This document shows positions 39,613-49,594 of a DNA stretch of 64,000 nt, one piece after another. Within the stretch, counting starts at the first letter, position 1. Every line of letters starts with the position of its first letter. Position numbers and translations under genes: made by a program. Below the pieces are notes generated by a model. That model ran no database searches and had not been told where the DNA came from. It worked only from the letters and a program-made list of their open reading frames with translations. The stretch spans positions 1 to 64,000 of the IMG/VR virus record IMGVR_UViG_3300030106_006393; one strand, 5' to 3'. This DNA is from an uncultured virus (IMG/VR IMGVR_UViG_3300030106_006393). Taxonomy: Duplodnaviria; Heunggongvirae; Uroviricota; Caudoviricetes.

Positions 39613-40809
39613 ATGTATTTTCAGAGTATTGATGACAAGCAAGAGTGCTTGGGTCTCTATTACGACTCTCGATGTGTGTTTGAGGACATCGACTTTTCTA
39701 AGCTGACAAGGACTTGGAAGTATACCAAGACCCTGTTAGATCATGACAACATAGAGTATGGATTTTTATTTTCCGGCGGCAAGTCGATAGACGAGATGTG
39801 CCCTGACCACATGCGTCACGATTGGGATGCTGTGTCCAGAAGGATGAATGCGTTTTTAAAATCTCTAAATACTGCAAAGGTAGACCTTTCTGAAAACTGC
39901 TTCTTCGAAATTATTTCGCCCAAAGAAATTTCCAGATTTTTGGAAATCAAAAACAGGATAACTGAGCATGTATTCTCTAGCGTTTCTCGTCCAAAAGAAT
40001 ACGAGCACTTATTGAGCATCGCGAAGATGATTGAAGAGATAAAACACCAAGAAGTTGTGATCGACACAAAGAGGCTAAAAGCGGATTCCTATAAAGCTAA
40101 AAACATGGCCTTTTCCCAAACTCTGAGAAAGGTACGAAATCGCGTATCTTACAAGCTCTTCGGAACAAAGACAGGAAGACTAACAGTCGATAAAGGCTAC
40201 TTTCCAGTTTTGACTCTCGATAAGGAATTGAGAAAGTATGTAATTCCAAATAACGACCTGTTTATAGAGGTTGATGTAAATGGTGCGGAAATTAGAACCC
40301 TATTGGCTCTTTTGGGAGAAGAACAGCCAGATGTGGACATTCATGACTGGAATGTAGAAAATGTCTACAAGTCCGGAACCAGAGAAGAGGCAAAAAAGAG
40401 ATTTTTCGCTTGGCTGTATAATCCTGCCTCGAATGATGACGCCTCATCCGATACCTATAACAGAGAACTGATAAAGAAGAGGTTTTGGGACGGAGAAAAG
40501 GTCACTACACCGTTTTTTAGAGAAATCGACAGTGATGAGTATCATTGTGTAAATTATACTTTACAATCGACGTCAAATGATGTATGCTTGGAGCAGGCAA
40601 GAAAAGTATTCGATATATTAGACCAAAAGAAGAGCAAAATTGCCTTCTTGATGCATGACTCTATTATCTTAGATTTCGCCGCCTCTGAAAAGTCGCTATT
40701 GCGAGAGATCATAGAGGCCTTCAGAAATACGAGATTTGGACAGTATAGAGTCAATGTCAATATGGGTAAGAATTTTGGAGAAATGAAGGAAATCAATTGG
40801 AAACAATAA
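39613..40809 (+). CDS. Minimal family A DNA polymerase domain protein
   Basis: TKTGRL, motif A EVDVNGAEIR, motif B REEAKKRFFAWLY, NYTLQST, motif C MHDSII. Confidence 0.8.
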   Translation: MYFQSIDDKQECLGLYYDSRCVFEDIDFSKLTRTWKYTKTLLDHDNIEYGFLFSGGKSIDEMCPDHMRHDWDAVSRRMNAFLKSLNTAKVDLSENCFFEIISPKEISRFLEIKNRITEHVFSSVSRPKEYEHLLSIAKMIEEIKHQEVVIDTKRLKADSYKAKNMAFSQTLRKVRNRVSYKLFGTKTGRLTVDKGYFPVLTLDKELRKYVIPNNDLFIEVDVNGAEIRTLLALLGEEQPDVDIHDWNVENVYKSGTREEAKKRFFAWLYNPASNDDASSDTYNRELIKKRFWDGEKVTTPFFREIDSDEYHCVNYTLQSTSNDVCLEQARKVFDILDQKKSKIAFLMHDSIILDFAASEKSLLREIIEAFRNTRFGQYRVNVNMGKNFGEMKEINWKQ

Positions 40810-41633
40810 TTGCACTCGGTACGGTTGGATGTAATGTAGCGCGAAAGCTAGAACAGTACGAACAATACGACGTATACAAGATTGATCACGAAGAGTCAGA
40901 AGAAAAGAACTATCAAAAGATCAGAAAGTACGATAATCCTGAAAAATACGAGAAAACAATCCCTGGAGTAAAGACACTCTTAAAAAAGGTGGAGGGTTCT
41001 GTGCTTTTTGTTGTATGCGGTGCAAGCACCGTTGCATCTGCTTCTTTGGTCATACTTGAGCAGATTCACAAAAGGTGCGACATCAATGTTTTGTACGTAA
41101 AGCCAGAAACAGACCTTTTGAGCGAACAAAAGAAAATGCAAGAGAGGGCTGTCCGCAATGTATTGCAGCACTATACTCGTTCGGGTATGTTGGAAAGAAC
41201 ATTCTTAGTATCTAACGAGTCTCTAGACCCGATGGTTGAAGATGCATCAATATTAGGGTATCACGACTCTTTGAACGACCTGATCTCTTCAGCGTTTCAT
41301 ATGATCAACTTCTTCAATCACGTTGACTCTGTTACCGACACATTCTCGCCTCCAGCGGAGACTGCTAAGATTTCCACGATTGGAATGATGAGTATCGAGA
41401 CAGGCAAGGAAAACATGTTCTTTCCTCTTGACAGAGTCAGAGAAACACGCTATTATTATGGCATACCTGAAGAAAGCCTCAGGAAAGAAAAGCTGCTTCA
41501 CAGAAAGATTGTGAAACAGGTGAAAGAAAAGGCAACAGACAGCAAGAAGGTAAGCTATGGGATATACTCAACAACTTATAACGACGAATTTGCATACGTT
41601 TTGTCTCATTCGTCATTCGTACAAGAAATGTAA
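40797..41633 (+). CDS. Divergent tubulin/FtsZ-family (PhuZ/TubZ-like) protein
   Basis: IIALGTVGCNVA first loop, degenerate T4 loop CGASTVASAS, FLVSNE, NDLI helix; 278 aa. Confidence 0.6.
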   Translation: METIIALGTVGCNVARKLEQYEQYDVYKIDHEESEEKNYQKIRKYDNPEKYEKTIPGVKTLLKKVEGSVLFVVCGASTVASASLVILEQIHKRCDINVLYVKPETDLLSEQKKMQERAVRNVLQHYTRSGMLERTFLVSNESLDPMVEDASILGYHDSLNDLISSAFHMINFFNHVDSVTDTFSPPAETAKISTIGMMSIETGKENMFFPLDRVRETRYYYGIPEESLRKEKLLHRKIVKQVKEKATDSKKVSYGIYSTTYNDEFAYVLSHSSFVQEM

Positions 41634-41640
41634 TTTTTAC

Positions 41641-41668
41641 TTGACAAACAAGTCAAACTTGGTATAAT
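41641..41668 (+). promoter_or_regulatory. Sigma70-type promoter
   Basis: TTGACA-16 nt-TATAAT with TG extension. Confidence 0.85.
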
Positions 41669-41739
41669 AGATTTAGTTGGTCGGGCTATTTGCCGACCTG
41701 CTTTAGCCAACAAGAGCACAAAAATAAAGGAGAAATATT

Positions 41740-42513
41740 ATGGCTCTCAATTTAGATCGCATGCGCGAGAAACTTAACGCTGTCACCGGAAAGGGAGATG
41801 GCAAGCGGGGTGACTTCTGGAAGCCCAAAGACGGAGAGAACAATATTCGAATTGTTCCGACACCCGATGGAGACCCCTTTAAGGAGAAGTTCTTCCATTA
41901 TAACGTAGCACAGGGAGGATTCCTGTGTCCAAAGAGGAACTTTGGTGATAACTGCCCTGTCTGCAACTTTGGAAACAAGCTGTGGAACGAGGGAACAGAA
42001 GAGAGCAAGAGAATGGCAAAGCAACTTTTTGCCAAGCAGCGCTTCTTTTCACCAGTTTTGGTCAGAGGAGAAGAAGATCAAGGCGTACGAGTCTGGGGAT
42101 ACGGTAAGCTGGCTTATGAAAAGCTGCTGACAATTGTCCTCGATCCTGACTATGGCGACGTGACTGATCCTGAAAGTGGCAATGACCTCAAGGTTATGTA
42201 TGGCAAGCCACCAGGCGCTTCATTCCCTAGAACTGATATTCGAGCCCGACCTAGAAAGACGGTGCTGTGCGACGATGCTGTGGGCGGCGATGAACGCTGT
42301 GCAGAGCTGCTTGAGACAGTTCCTAATCTGGATGAGATTTTCGAAAGAAAGTCCACAGAGGAAGTTCAGGCCCTGCTTGACGCTTTCTTGGACGGAGACA
42401 ATACAGACAATCAGGTAGAGAAGTTTGGTGGCACTACGACCACCACCACGACTACCACTACAAACGAAACGGATGCTGTTGAGGCAGCATTCAATGATTT
42501 GCTAAATAACTAA
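41740..42513 (+). CDS. Single-stranded DNA-binding protein (gp32-like)
   Basis: FWKPKDGENNIRIVP, CPK...CPVC, GVRVWGYG, DVTDPESGNDL, acidic tail AFNDLL. Confidence 0.88.
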   Translation: MALNLDRMREKLNAVTGKGDGKRGDFWKPKDGENNIRIVPTPDGDPFKEKFFHYNVAQGGFLCPKRNFGDNCPVCNFGNKLWNEGTEESKRMAKQLFAKQRFFSPVLVRGEEDQGVRVWGYGKLAYEKLLTIVLDPDYGDVTDPESGNDLKVMYGKPPGASFPRTDIRARPRKTVLCDDAVGGDERCAELLETVPNLDEIFERKSTEEVQALLDAFLDGDNTDNQVEKFGGTTTTTTTTTTNETDAVEAAFNDLLNN

Positions 42514-42528
42514 AACAAAACCGCAGGT

Positions 42529-42556
42529 AGGCACGGGTTTACAGGTGCCTTCTTTT
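42529..42556 (+). terminator. Hairpin, probable terminator after SSB
   Basis: AGGCAC / GTGCCT stem then TCTTTT. Confidence 0.5.
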
Positions 42557-42574
42557 AAAGAAAGGAATAAAATA

Positions 42575-43015
42575 ATGGGAAAGAAGAGAAAGGCCCTTAA
42601 GGGCAGGACAGTTAACGTTCATTATGTAGGAACTTTGGATGACGGTACAACATTTGACAGCTCCAAGGCTCGTGGAGAGCCAATTTCATTTGAGGTTGGT
42701 GCTGGTGAGATGATCCCCGGTTTTGATACTGCTGTAGACGGCATGACAATCGGAGAAACAAAGAATATCACGGTTCCGCCAGAAGAGGCATATGGAGACT
42801 TTAATCCACAGGCTTTTCAGGTTGTCCCGGCAGAAATGTTCACGGAAGGCTTTAATCCGGAACTTGGACAGGTTGTGCAAGGAACCACAGGTACCGGAGA
42901 AACTTTTACTGCTAGAGTTCATACGCTAGAAGACAACTCTGTTACTCTAGATTTTAATCACCCAATGGCTGGTAAGAATCTCAATTTTGAGATCGAACTA
43001 GTTAGCGTGGAATAA
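42575..43015 (+). CDS. FKBP-type peptidyl-prolyl isomerase (SlyD/FkpB-like)
   Basis: VHYVGTLDDGTTFDSS, IPGFD, PPEEAYG, LDFNHPMAGKNLNFEIEL. Confidence 0.95.
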   Translation: MGKKRKALKGRTVNVHYVGTLDDGTTFDSSKARGEPISFEVGAGEMIPGFDTAVDGMTIGETKNITVPPEEAYGDFNPQAFQVVPAEMFTEGFNPELGQVVQGTTGTGETFTARVHTLEDNSVTLDFNHPMAGKNLNFEIELVSVE

Positions 43016-43016
43016 A

Positions 43017-43535
43017 ATGCTTAAGAGTATCTTAGTTTGCGCCATGGCGCTAATGATGTCGACACCAGCTTTCGCACAAGAGAAGAATTGGGATAAACGT
43101 TCCGGGCTTAGATTTGGATATGGTTATCTTAACGGGGTGCGAGAGATGGAAAACATGAATAACCCCGGAAAGGTTAAGCGCCTCAGTCCTCACACTTTTG
43201 TGTTGGGGTTTGAAATGCAGCAGGTGCTGGAGGGCGGAGACTGGTTGGATATCTTGTTTATCCAAAACGTCAGTATTAGCGGACTGGATCAAAGTGTGAT
43301 TAATCCATCGGCCAGCGCTCTGGTTGGGTTTGAAATTGATAAACAAATTCAGCTAGGCGTCGGCCCAAATATCTCGACATTTGATCCATCCGGCAAGGAC
43401 AAGATAGTTCACCTGATTATAGCTGCTGGGTGGACATTTCAAGCTGGTATCTTTAGTGTTCCAGTTCACTTTAGTATCGTCCCCGATTCAGATGGATATT
43501 GGGGCGCAGCGTTAACAACTGGTGTAAATTGGTAG
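43017..43535 (+). CDS. Putative outer-membrane beta-barrel protein
   Basis: AFA signal peptide, alternating beta strands, terminal aromatic (TTGVNW). Confidence 0.6.
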   Translation: MLKSILVCAMALMMSTPAFAQEKNWDKRSGLRFGYGYLNGVREMENMNNPGKVKRLSPHTFVLGFEMQQVLEGGDWLDILFIQNVSISGLDQSVINPSASALVGFEIDKQIQLGVGPNISTFDPSGKDKIVHLIIAAGWTFQAGIFSVPVHFSIVPDSDGYWGAALTTGVNW

Positions 43536-43546
43536 GAGTAAATAAC

Positions 43547-44677
43547 TTGGCAAAAATTAGTAAAATTAAACCCGGTAAAATCTCTATGGATGAGATGCGC
43601 CGTATCATCAACAAGAAGGCTGGCCATGAAGTGGCGCATAGCCTGGCAGAAGACAATCCAACAGAGGTAAAAGAATGGATCCCAACTGGCTCACGCTGGC
43701 TAGATTCCATTATCTGTAAAGGAAAGCTTGCAGGTATTCCTGTAGGGAAGATCGTAGAGATTGCAGGGCTAGAAGCCACCGGAAAGTCTTATATGGCAAC
43801 GCAGATCGCTGCAAATGCCCAAAAGATGGGGCTTGATGTTGTGTACTTCGACTCTGAGTCTGCTATCGACCCTTCCTTTCTAGAAAGGGCAGGCTGCGAT
43901 CTTGACCGCCTGATGTACATTCAGGCCGAGAGTGTGGAGTTTGTTCTAGAAACTATCGAAGAGCTACTGGCGACAGGCAACAAGTGGCTATTCATTTGGG
44001 ATTCTTTGGCGCTAACTCCAGCTATCTCTGATATCGAGGGTGACTTTAATCCTCAGTCATCGATGGCAGTAAAGGCAAGAATCTTGTCAAAGGGCATGTC
44101 AAAACTAACTGTACCAATTGCCAACAGCAAGGCAACACTATTGGTGCTTAATCAGCTGAAGACGAATATCACTCGATCTCCATCTGAAGCGATGACAACC
44201 CCATATGTAACACCAGGCGGCAAGGCGATGCACTACGCATATTCTTTGCGTATCTGGCTTACAGGAAGGAAAGCAAAAGCATCCTTCGTGCAAGACGAGA
44301 ATGGTTTTAGAATTGGATCAGAAGTTAAGGCAAAACTTGAGAAGTCTCGTTTTGGCACTGCTGGTCGTCACTGCAACTTTAAGATTCTTTGGGGCAACAC
44401 TGACAGTGTAGGCGTTCAGGATGAGGAGAGTTGGTTTGATGCCATTCAGATTTCAGATAGTCTAAAGCAGTCTGGAGCCTGGTTCTCGCTAACCCTTGAA
44501 GACGGAACAGAAAAGAAGTTCCAGCGTAAGGGTTGGGTAAAAGAACTGCAAAACGAAGATTTTCGCAAAAGAGTCTTGCAAATCATCGATGAGGATGTTA
44601 TAATGAAATTCGATAACAGAACAGGAAATGCTTCCGACTATTACGAGAAGGAAGAAGACTCGCCCGCTAAGGAGTAG
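43547..44677 (+). CDS. recA: RecA/UvsX recombinase
   Basis: IPTGS, GLEATGKS, DSE, WDS, NQL, TPGGKA; AGGAG SD then TTG 43547. Confidence 0.93.
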   Translation: MAKISKIKPGKISMDEMRRIINKKAGHEVAHSLAEDNPTEVKEWIPTGSRWLDSIICKGKLAGIPVGKIVEIAGLEATGKSYMATQIAANAQKMGLDVVYFDSESAIDPSFLERAGCDLDRLMYIQAESVEFVLETIEELLATGNKWLFIWDSLALTPAISDIEGDFNPQSSMAVKARILSKGMSKLTVPIANSKATLLVLNQLKTNITRSPSEAMTTPYVTPGGKAMHYAYSLRIWLTGRKAKASFVQDENGFRIGSEVKAKLEKSRFGTAGRHCNFKILWGNTDSVGVQDEESWFDAIQISDSLKQSGAWFSLTLEDGTEKKFQRKGWVKELQNEDFRKRVLQIIDEDVIMKFDNRTGNASDYYEKEEDSPAKE

Positions 44678-44705
44678 ATCCTCCGTTTGGTCCTTAGCAA
44701 CGTAT

Positions 44706-44735
44706 GCCCCGGGGTCCTCCCCCGGGGCCTTTTTT
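44706..44735 (+). terminator. Rho-independent terminator
   Basis: GCCCCGGGG / CCCCGGGGC stem then T tract. Confidence 0.85.
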
Positions 44736-44747
44736 GAAAGGTAAGAC

Positions 44748-45707
44748 GTGAAGAAGAGACTGATGATTGTGGATGCGCACAATCAATTTTTAAGATCATA
44801 TATTGTAGACCCAAGCCTATCAACAAATGGGCAACCCATCGGTGGTTCAAAGGGTTTCCTAAAGATTCTAAATAAGCTAACAAGAATCATAAGCCCAGAC
44901 ATGACCATTGTAGTTTGGGATGGTGAGGGAGGTTCGCAAAAGCGCAGAGCCCAAAACAAGAACTACAAGCAGGGAAGAAAGCCTGTCCGCCTCAATAGAG
45001 ACATACGTCACCTTACAGAGGAGCAGGAAAGGGAAAACAAAGCATGGCAACAGATTCGTGCAATTGAGTACCTAAATCAGACCCCTGTTGTTCAGTTCAT
45101 GGAGCCGAGAGTAGAGGCAGACGATGTCATTTCTCATGTTGCCCAAGCGCCAAAATTTGAAGAATGGCAAAAGGTAATCATCTCCAGTGATAAAGACTTT
45201 ATTCAATTGCTGAACGATAAGACTATCCTATACAGGCCAACACAGGATCAGGTTTTGAACAAGAACAAGGTTCTAGAGGAGTATAGTATTCATCCAAACA
45301 ATTTTGCATTAGCTCGTGCTATGGTTGGAGACAAGAGTGATAACTTAGACGGTGTCAAAGGCGTAGGCTTGGCGACCGTTGCAAAGAGGTTTCCGTTCTT
45401 CGCAAGAGAGGAGGAGTGCTTTATTGATGACGTTATCGAACATTGTCATTCTCAAGAGACCGGTCTAAAGGTTTATGATCGGATTCTGGAAGAGCAGGAC
45501 AAGATAAACAGCAACTACAAGATTATGCAGTTGTATTCACCTACAATTTCGGTACAAGGTAGAATGAGAATCAACGAGACTCTGGAGGGACACCAGCCAG
45601 AGTTCAATAAGACAGGCTTGCGAAAGCTGATGCTTCAGGATGGTATTGGAGAGGTGTCCTTAAGTTCTCTGTATGAGAGTTTTAACAGAATGATTTCAGA
45701 CTTTTAG
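44748..45707 (+). CDS. 5'-3' exonuclease/flap endonuclease (PolI N-terminal, T4 RNase H-like)
   Basis: IVDAHN, YKQGR, EADDVI, SSDKDFIQL, GDKSDNLDGVKGVG. Confidence 0.93.
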   Translation: MKKRLMIVDAHNQFLRSYIVDPSLSTNGQPIGGSKGFLKILNKLTRIISPDMTIVVWDGEGGSQKRRAQNKNYKQGRKPVRLNRDIRHLTEEQERENKAWQQIRAIEYLNQTPVVQFMEPRVEADDVISHVAQAPKFEEWQKVIISSDKDFIQLLNDKTILYRPTQDQVLNKNKVLEEYSIHPNNFALARAMVGDKSDNLDGVKGVGLATVAKRFPFFAREEECFIDDVIEHCHSQETGLKVYDRILEEQDKINSNYKIMQLYSPTISVQGRMRINETLEGHQPEFNKTGLRKLMLQDGIGEVSLSSLYESFNRMISDF

Positions 45708-45709
45708 TC

Positions 45710-45738
45710 TTGCATCTTTCTGTTCTCTGTGTTAAGAT
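45710..45738 (+). promoter_or_regulatory. Sigma70-type promoter
   Basis: TTGCAT-17 nt-TAAGAT with TG extension. Confidence 0.6.
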
Positions 45739-45762
45739 CGTTTATAAAACAAAAGGCTAATC

Positions 45763-47136
45763 ATGACAGATAAAGAAAGAGAAGATTTTTCTAATTTTGG
45801 AAAGACTTTTCAAGAGGACTTGTGCCATCTGATTTTGGCTGATAGGCCTTTTGCTGATCAGATATTTGAAGTATTGGACACGAACTTCTTAGAGCTTAAG
45901 CACTTAAGAGTTTTCGTCAAGAAGATTTCGAATTATAGAAAGAAGTATGGTGTCCACCCTACGGAAAAGATAATGAAGTCCATTATCAGGACAGAGTTAA
46001 AAAGAGAACCTGAATCAATTCAGGTTCTTATTAGGGACTACTATGCGAGGGTGTTATCTTCTGGCCTTGAGCCGGAAGGTTCAGAGTATATCAAGGATGT
46101 CTCTCTTGATTTTTGCCGAAAGCAAAAGCTGAAAGAGGCCTTAATTAAGTCTGTTGATTTGATCAAGCGATCTTCTTTCGAGGAAGTCAGCAGCGTTATC
46201 AACGACGCGATTAAACTTGGTAGTGACAACAATTTCGGGTATGATTATCTTCTAGACTTTGAGAAGAGATTTGAAATTAGAGAGAGAAACCCAATCACAA
46301 CAGGTTGGTCAGAGATAGATTCTTTGTGCAAAGGGGGCCTGGGCAAAGGCGAGCTAGGAGTTTGTATTGCTCCGACTGGCGCGGGCAAGAGTATGGCGCT
46401 GGTTCATTTAGGAGCCCAGGCCCTCAAGGCAGGCAAGAACGTTGTTCACTACACTCTCGAATTGGGGGACACGATTGTAGCAGGAAGGTACGACAGTTGC
46501 ATTACGGGTGTGGACCTATCAAACATGACGTCTTTCAAAGAAAAGATCTATGAAGAGATTCAAGACATTGAGGGCAGGTTGGTCGTCAAAGAATATCCGA
46601 CTCGTTCAGCGAGCGTACAAACGCTTCGAAGCCACCTTGAAAAGATGAAACTAAGAGGCTTCGAGCCAGATTTGATCATCGTGGACTACGGAGACCTTCT
46701 TCGGCCAATTTCTTCAGGAAAAGATGAGAAAAGACATCAACTGGAGACTATTTATGAGGAGTTGAGAGGAATTGCGCAAATCAACGAATGCCCAGTCTGG
46801 ACTGCCTCTCAAACAAATAGAAGCGGGTTGAATGCTGAAGTCATAACGATGGAAGCTATTTCAGAAGCGTTCAACAAGTGCTTCGTCGCTGATTTTATAT
46901 TTACTGTATCAAGGACTATTGAAGACAAAAATACCAATAGTGGGCGCATCTTTGTAGCTAAAAATAGAAACGGACCCGATGGATTGGTTTATCCAATATT
47001 CATGGACACGAGCAACGTAAAGATTAAAGTGCTACCGCCCACAAATGAGTCTGTCGATGACATTATAGAAAACTCAGCGAAAAAGCAGATGCAAAAGTTA
47101 AAAGAAAAATACAAGGATTTTAAAAAGGAGAGTTAA
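45763..47136 (+). CDS. Replicative helicase (DnaB/gp41-like)
   Basis: APTGAGKS, YTLEL, IVDYGDLL, TASQTNRSG, KNRNG. Confidence 0.93.
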   Translation: MTDKEREDFSNFGKTFQEDLCHLILADRPFADQIFEVLDTNFLELKHLRVFVKKISNYRKKYGVHPTEKIMKSIIRTELKREPESIQVLIRDYYARVLSSGLEPEGSEYIKDVSLDFCRKQKLKEALIKSVDLIKRSSFEEVSSVINDAIKLGSDNNFGYDYLLDFEKRFEIRERNPITTGWSEIDSLCKGGLGKGELGVCIAPTGAGKSMALVHLGAQALKAGKNVVHYTLELGDTIVAGRYDSCITGVDLSNMTSFKEKIYEEIQDIEGRLVVKEYPTRSASVQTLRSHLEKMKLRGFEPDLIIVDYGDLLRPISSGKDEKRHQLETIYEELRGIAQINECPVWTASQTNRSGLNAEVITMEAISEAFNKCFVADFIFTVSRTIEDKNTNSGRIFVAKNRNGPDGLVYPIFMDTSNVKIKVLPPTNESVDDIIENSAKKQMQKLKEKYKDFKKES

Positions 47137-47140
47137 TATA

Positions 47141-48938
47141 ATGGAATTATCGAATCAAATACTATCAGACATCACAGTTCACATGAAATATGCACGGTTT
47201 CTTCCGAGTGAAAATAGAAGAGAGTCGTGGGAAGAATTAGTAACACGCAATATGAATATGCATCTCAAGAAGTATCCACATTTGGAGCTTCAGATAACAA
47301 AAGCATATAAGATGGTATTTGATAAGAAGGTCTTGCCTTCTATGAGATCTATGCAGTTTGGCGGAAAGCCAATCGAAATCAACCCTTCGCGAATGTTCAA
47401 CTGCTCATTCGTTGCAGTGGACGACTATAGGGCGTTTAACGAAACAATGTTTCTACTTCTTTCGGGATGTGGAGTTGGCTATTCCGTGCAAAGTCACCAC
47501 GTAGAGCAGTTGCCAGAGATTCGCAAGCCAACCTCTAAAAGAACATATCGATACCTTATCCAAGATAGTATCGAAGGCTGGGCCGATGCAGTTAAGGCTC
47601 TAATGGAGACATACTACGGAGTCAGAACCTCTCACATTCGCTTTGATTATGGAGATATCAGAGCAAAGGNNNNNNNNNNTTCTTGAGGACAAGCAGGACG
47701 GAGAAAGACTAACTCCTATTGAGTGTCATGATATCATGTGCCATTTGGCAGATGCTGTCTTGTCTGGTGGCATAAGAAGAGCTGCAATGATTTCCCTGTT
47801 TTCTGCCGATGACAGCGAGATGCTGGCTGCAAAGTCAGGCAATTGGTGGGAGAAGAGCCCTCAAAGGGGCAGAGCAAACAATTCAGTTGTGCTTCTACGA
47901 CACAGAATCGAAAAAGAAACGTTTATGTCTCTTTGGGAGAGAATCCGCGCCTCCGGAGCTGGTGAGCCTGGATTTTCTTTCACGAACGACAAGGAAAGAG
48001 GTTTTAATCCTTGCCATGAGATTTCATTGAGATCTTGTCAGATGTGCAATCTTACAGAAATCAACGTGAGTGATATAGACTCTCAGGAGGAGTTAGAGGA
48101 GCGGGCGAGAGTTGCTTCTTTTATTGGAACCTTGCAAGCTGGATACACCGACTTTCACTATCTTCGACCTGCATGGCAAGCAAATTGTGAGAGGGACGCG
48201 CTACTCGGAGTCAGCATGACAGGTATCGCCTCACAGAGAGTGTTGGAGTTGGACATGACTTCTGCAGCCAAGATAGTGAAGCAAGAGAATGCAAGAGTGG
48301 CAGAGTTGATCGGCATCAATCCTGCAGCACGTTGTACTGCGGTAAAGCCTGCTGGCACAACTTCACTTGTTCTCGGAACTTCGAGTGGTATTCATGCGTG
48401 GCACAACGATTACTATATCCGTCGTGTGAGAGTCGGAAAGAACGAGTCAATCTACAGGTATCTGGCAAACAATCACCCAGAGCTTGTAGAGGATGAGTAC
48501 TTCAGTCCACACGATACTGCAGTAATTTCCGTACCACAAAAGGCTCCAGAGGATTCGATCTTAAGGACAGAAAGTGCACTGCAGCTTCTAAAGAGAGTAA
48601 AGAAGGTCACAGAGGAGTGGGTCTTTGCTGGATACAGAAAGGGTCCAAACAATCATAACGTCTCGGCCACAATCTCTACAAAGGATGCTGAGTGGCCTGA
48701 CGTCGGAGAGTGGATGTGGGAAAACAGAGGCTCTTACACAGGCCTGTCTGTTCTCCCGTATGACGGAGGAACATACAAGCAGGCCCCTTTTGAGGACTGC
48801 TCTAAAGAGACTTATGAAGCTTTGTTTGAGACCTTGAAAGAGGTCGACTTGTCAAAGATCGTAGAAGAAAAAGATGAAACAAACCTTACGGCTGAGGCTG
48901 CCTGTGCTGGCGGCGAGTGTACGGTAAACTTTCTTTAA
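47141..48938 (+). CDS. nrdJ: Class II (B12-dependent) ribonucleotide reductase, interrupted by assembly gap
   Basis: LPSMRS, FNC, GCGVG, IRRAAMI, NPCHEI, CNLTE, VKPAGTTS, C-terminal CAGGEC. Confidence 0.92.
47670..47679. other. Assembly gap (10 N)
   Basis: Run of N inside nrdJ. Confidence 1.
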
Positions 48939-48945
48939 AAAATGC

Positions 48946-48974
48946 TTGATTTTATATTACAATGTTGATATAAT
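48946..48974 (+). promoter_or_regulatory. Sigma70-type promoter
   Basis: TTGATT-17 nt-TATAAT with TG extension. Confidence 0.75.
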
Positions 48975-49008
48975 GGCAAAGTAGTTAACAACAAGAAAAG
49001 GAGAAATA

Positions 49009-49290
49009 ATGGCTACTAATTTACATATCGTTAACAATAGAGAGATTGAAGAAAAGGAAAAGCATATTACTAGCTTTATCAAGAGCCTTGCAGCGGTGGA
49101 AGAAGCAATGGAGCCCTTCAAGGACCAGAAGCGAGACCTGCGACAGAACTATGTCGACAATGGTTGGCTCACCAAAGAAGAGATGCGAATGGCAGTACGC
49201 GCATATCGCCTGATGAAGACTGATACTGACATGGATCAGCTTTTGGATTTCTTCCAGCATGTGAAGAAGACTGTGGGGAACAATGGTTGA
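49009..49290 (+). CDS. Small helical protein, GapR/DsbA-like DNA-binding candidate
   Basis: FIKSLAAVEE...KDQKRDLRQNYVDNG...MRMAVR pattern; AAGGAG SD. Confidence 0.5.
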   Translation: MATNLHIVNNREIEEKEKHITSFIKSLAAVEEAMEPFKDQKRDLRQNYVDNGWLTKEEMRMAVRAYRLMKTDTDMDQLLDFFQHVKKTVGNNG

Positions 49291-49594
49291 ATCTCTTTCC
49301 CCGCTGAATCGTCGTATTCTTATAGTCCCGCACTTTAAAGAGCAAAAGGATGATTCAGGTATTCTACTGCCAGAAGATTATAAGCCACAGGAAGAGCAGC
49401 ACATTGTTGCTACTGTGGTAGCTGTCGCTCCTGACTGTGCTCCTAGTTTTGCTTCTATTCGCAATTCTAGAGAGAGGCAGGAGATTATAGTTGATAGAGC
49501 TATGATTGAAACGATCAACCATAAGGGTAAAAAGTTTCATCTTATTCTTGAGAACTATGTTGTGGGTGTAATGCGGGGAAGAAGTGAGATTTGA
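49283..49594 (+). CDS. GroES-like co-chaperonin
   Basis: LSPLNRRILI, SGILLP mobile loop, VVAV, LILENYVVGV. Confidence 0.8.
   Translation: MVESLSPLNRRILIVPHFKEQKDDSGILLPEDYKPQEEQHIVATVVAVAPDCAPSFASIRNSRERQEIIVDRAMIETINHKGKKFHLILENYVVGVMRGRSEI

Noticed and set aside
42433..42462. Poly-Thr tract in SSB as a contingency repeat
   Set aside because: Mixed ACN codons; an ordinary flexible linker before the acidic tail.
46747..46755. ACTATTTAT inside the helicase gene
   Set aside because: Explained by ETIYE coding and far from any start; not counted as a promoter.
47141..48938. Apparent split, frameshift or intron in nrdJ
   Set aside because: The break coincides with the 10-N placeholder, and a conserved stretch seems to be missing, so it is an assembly artefact.
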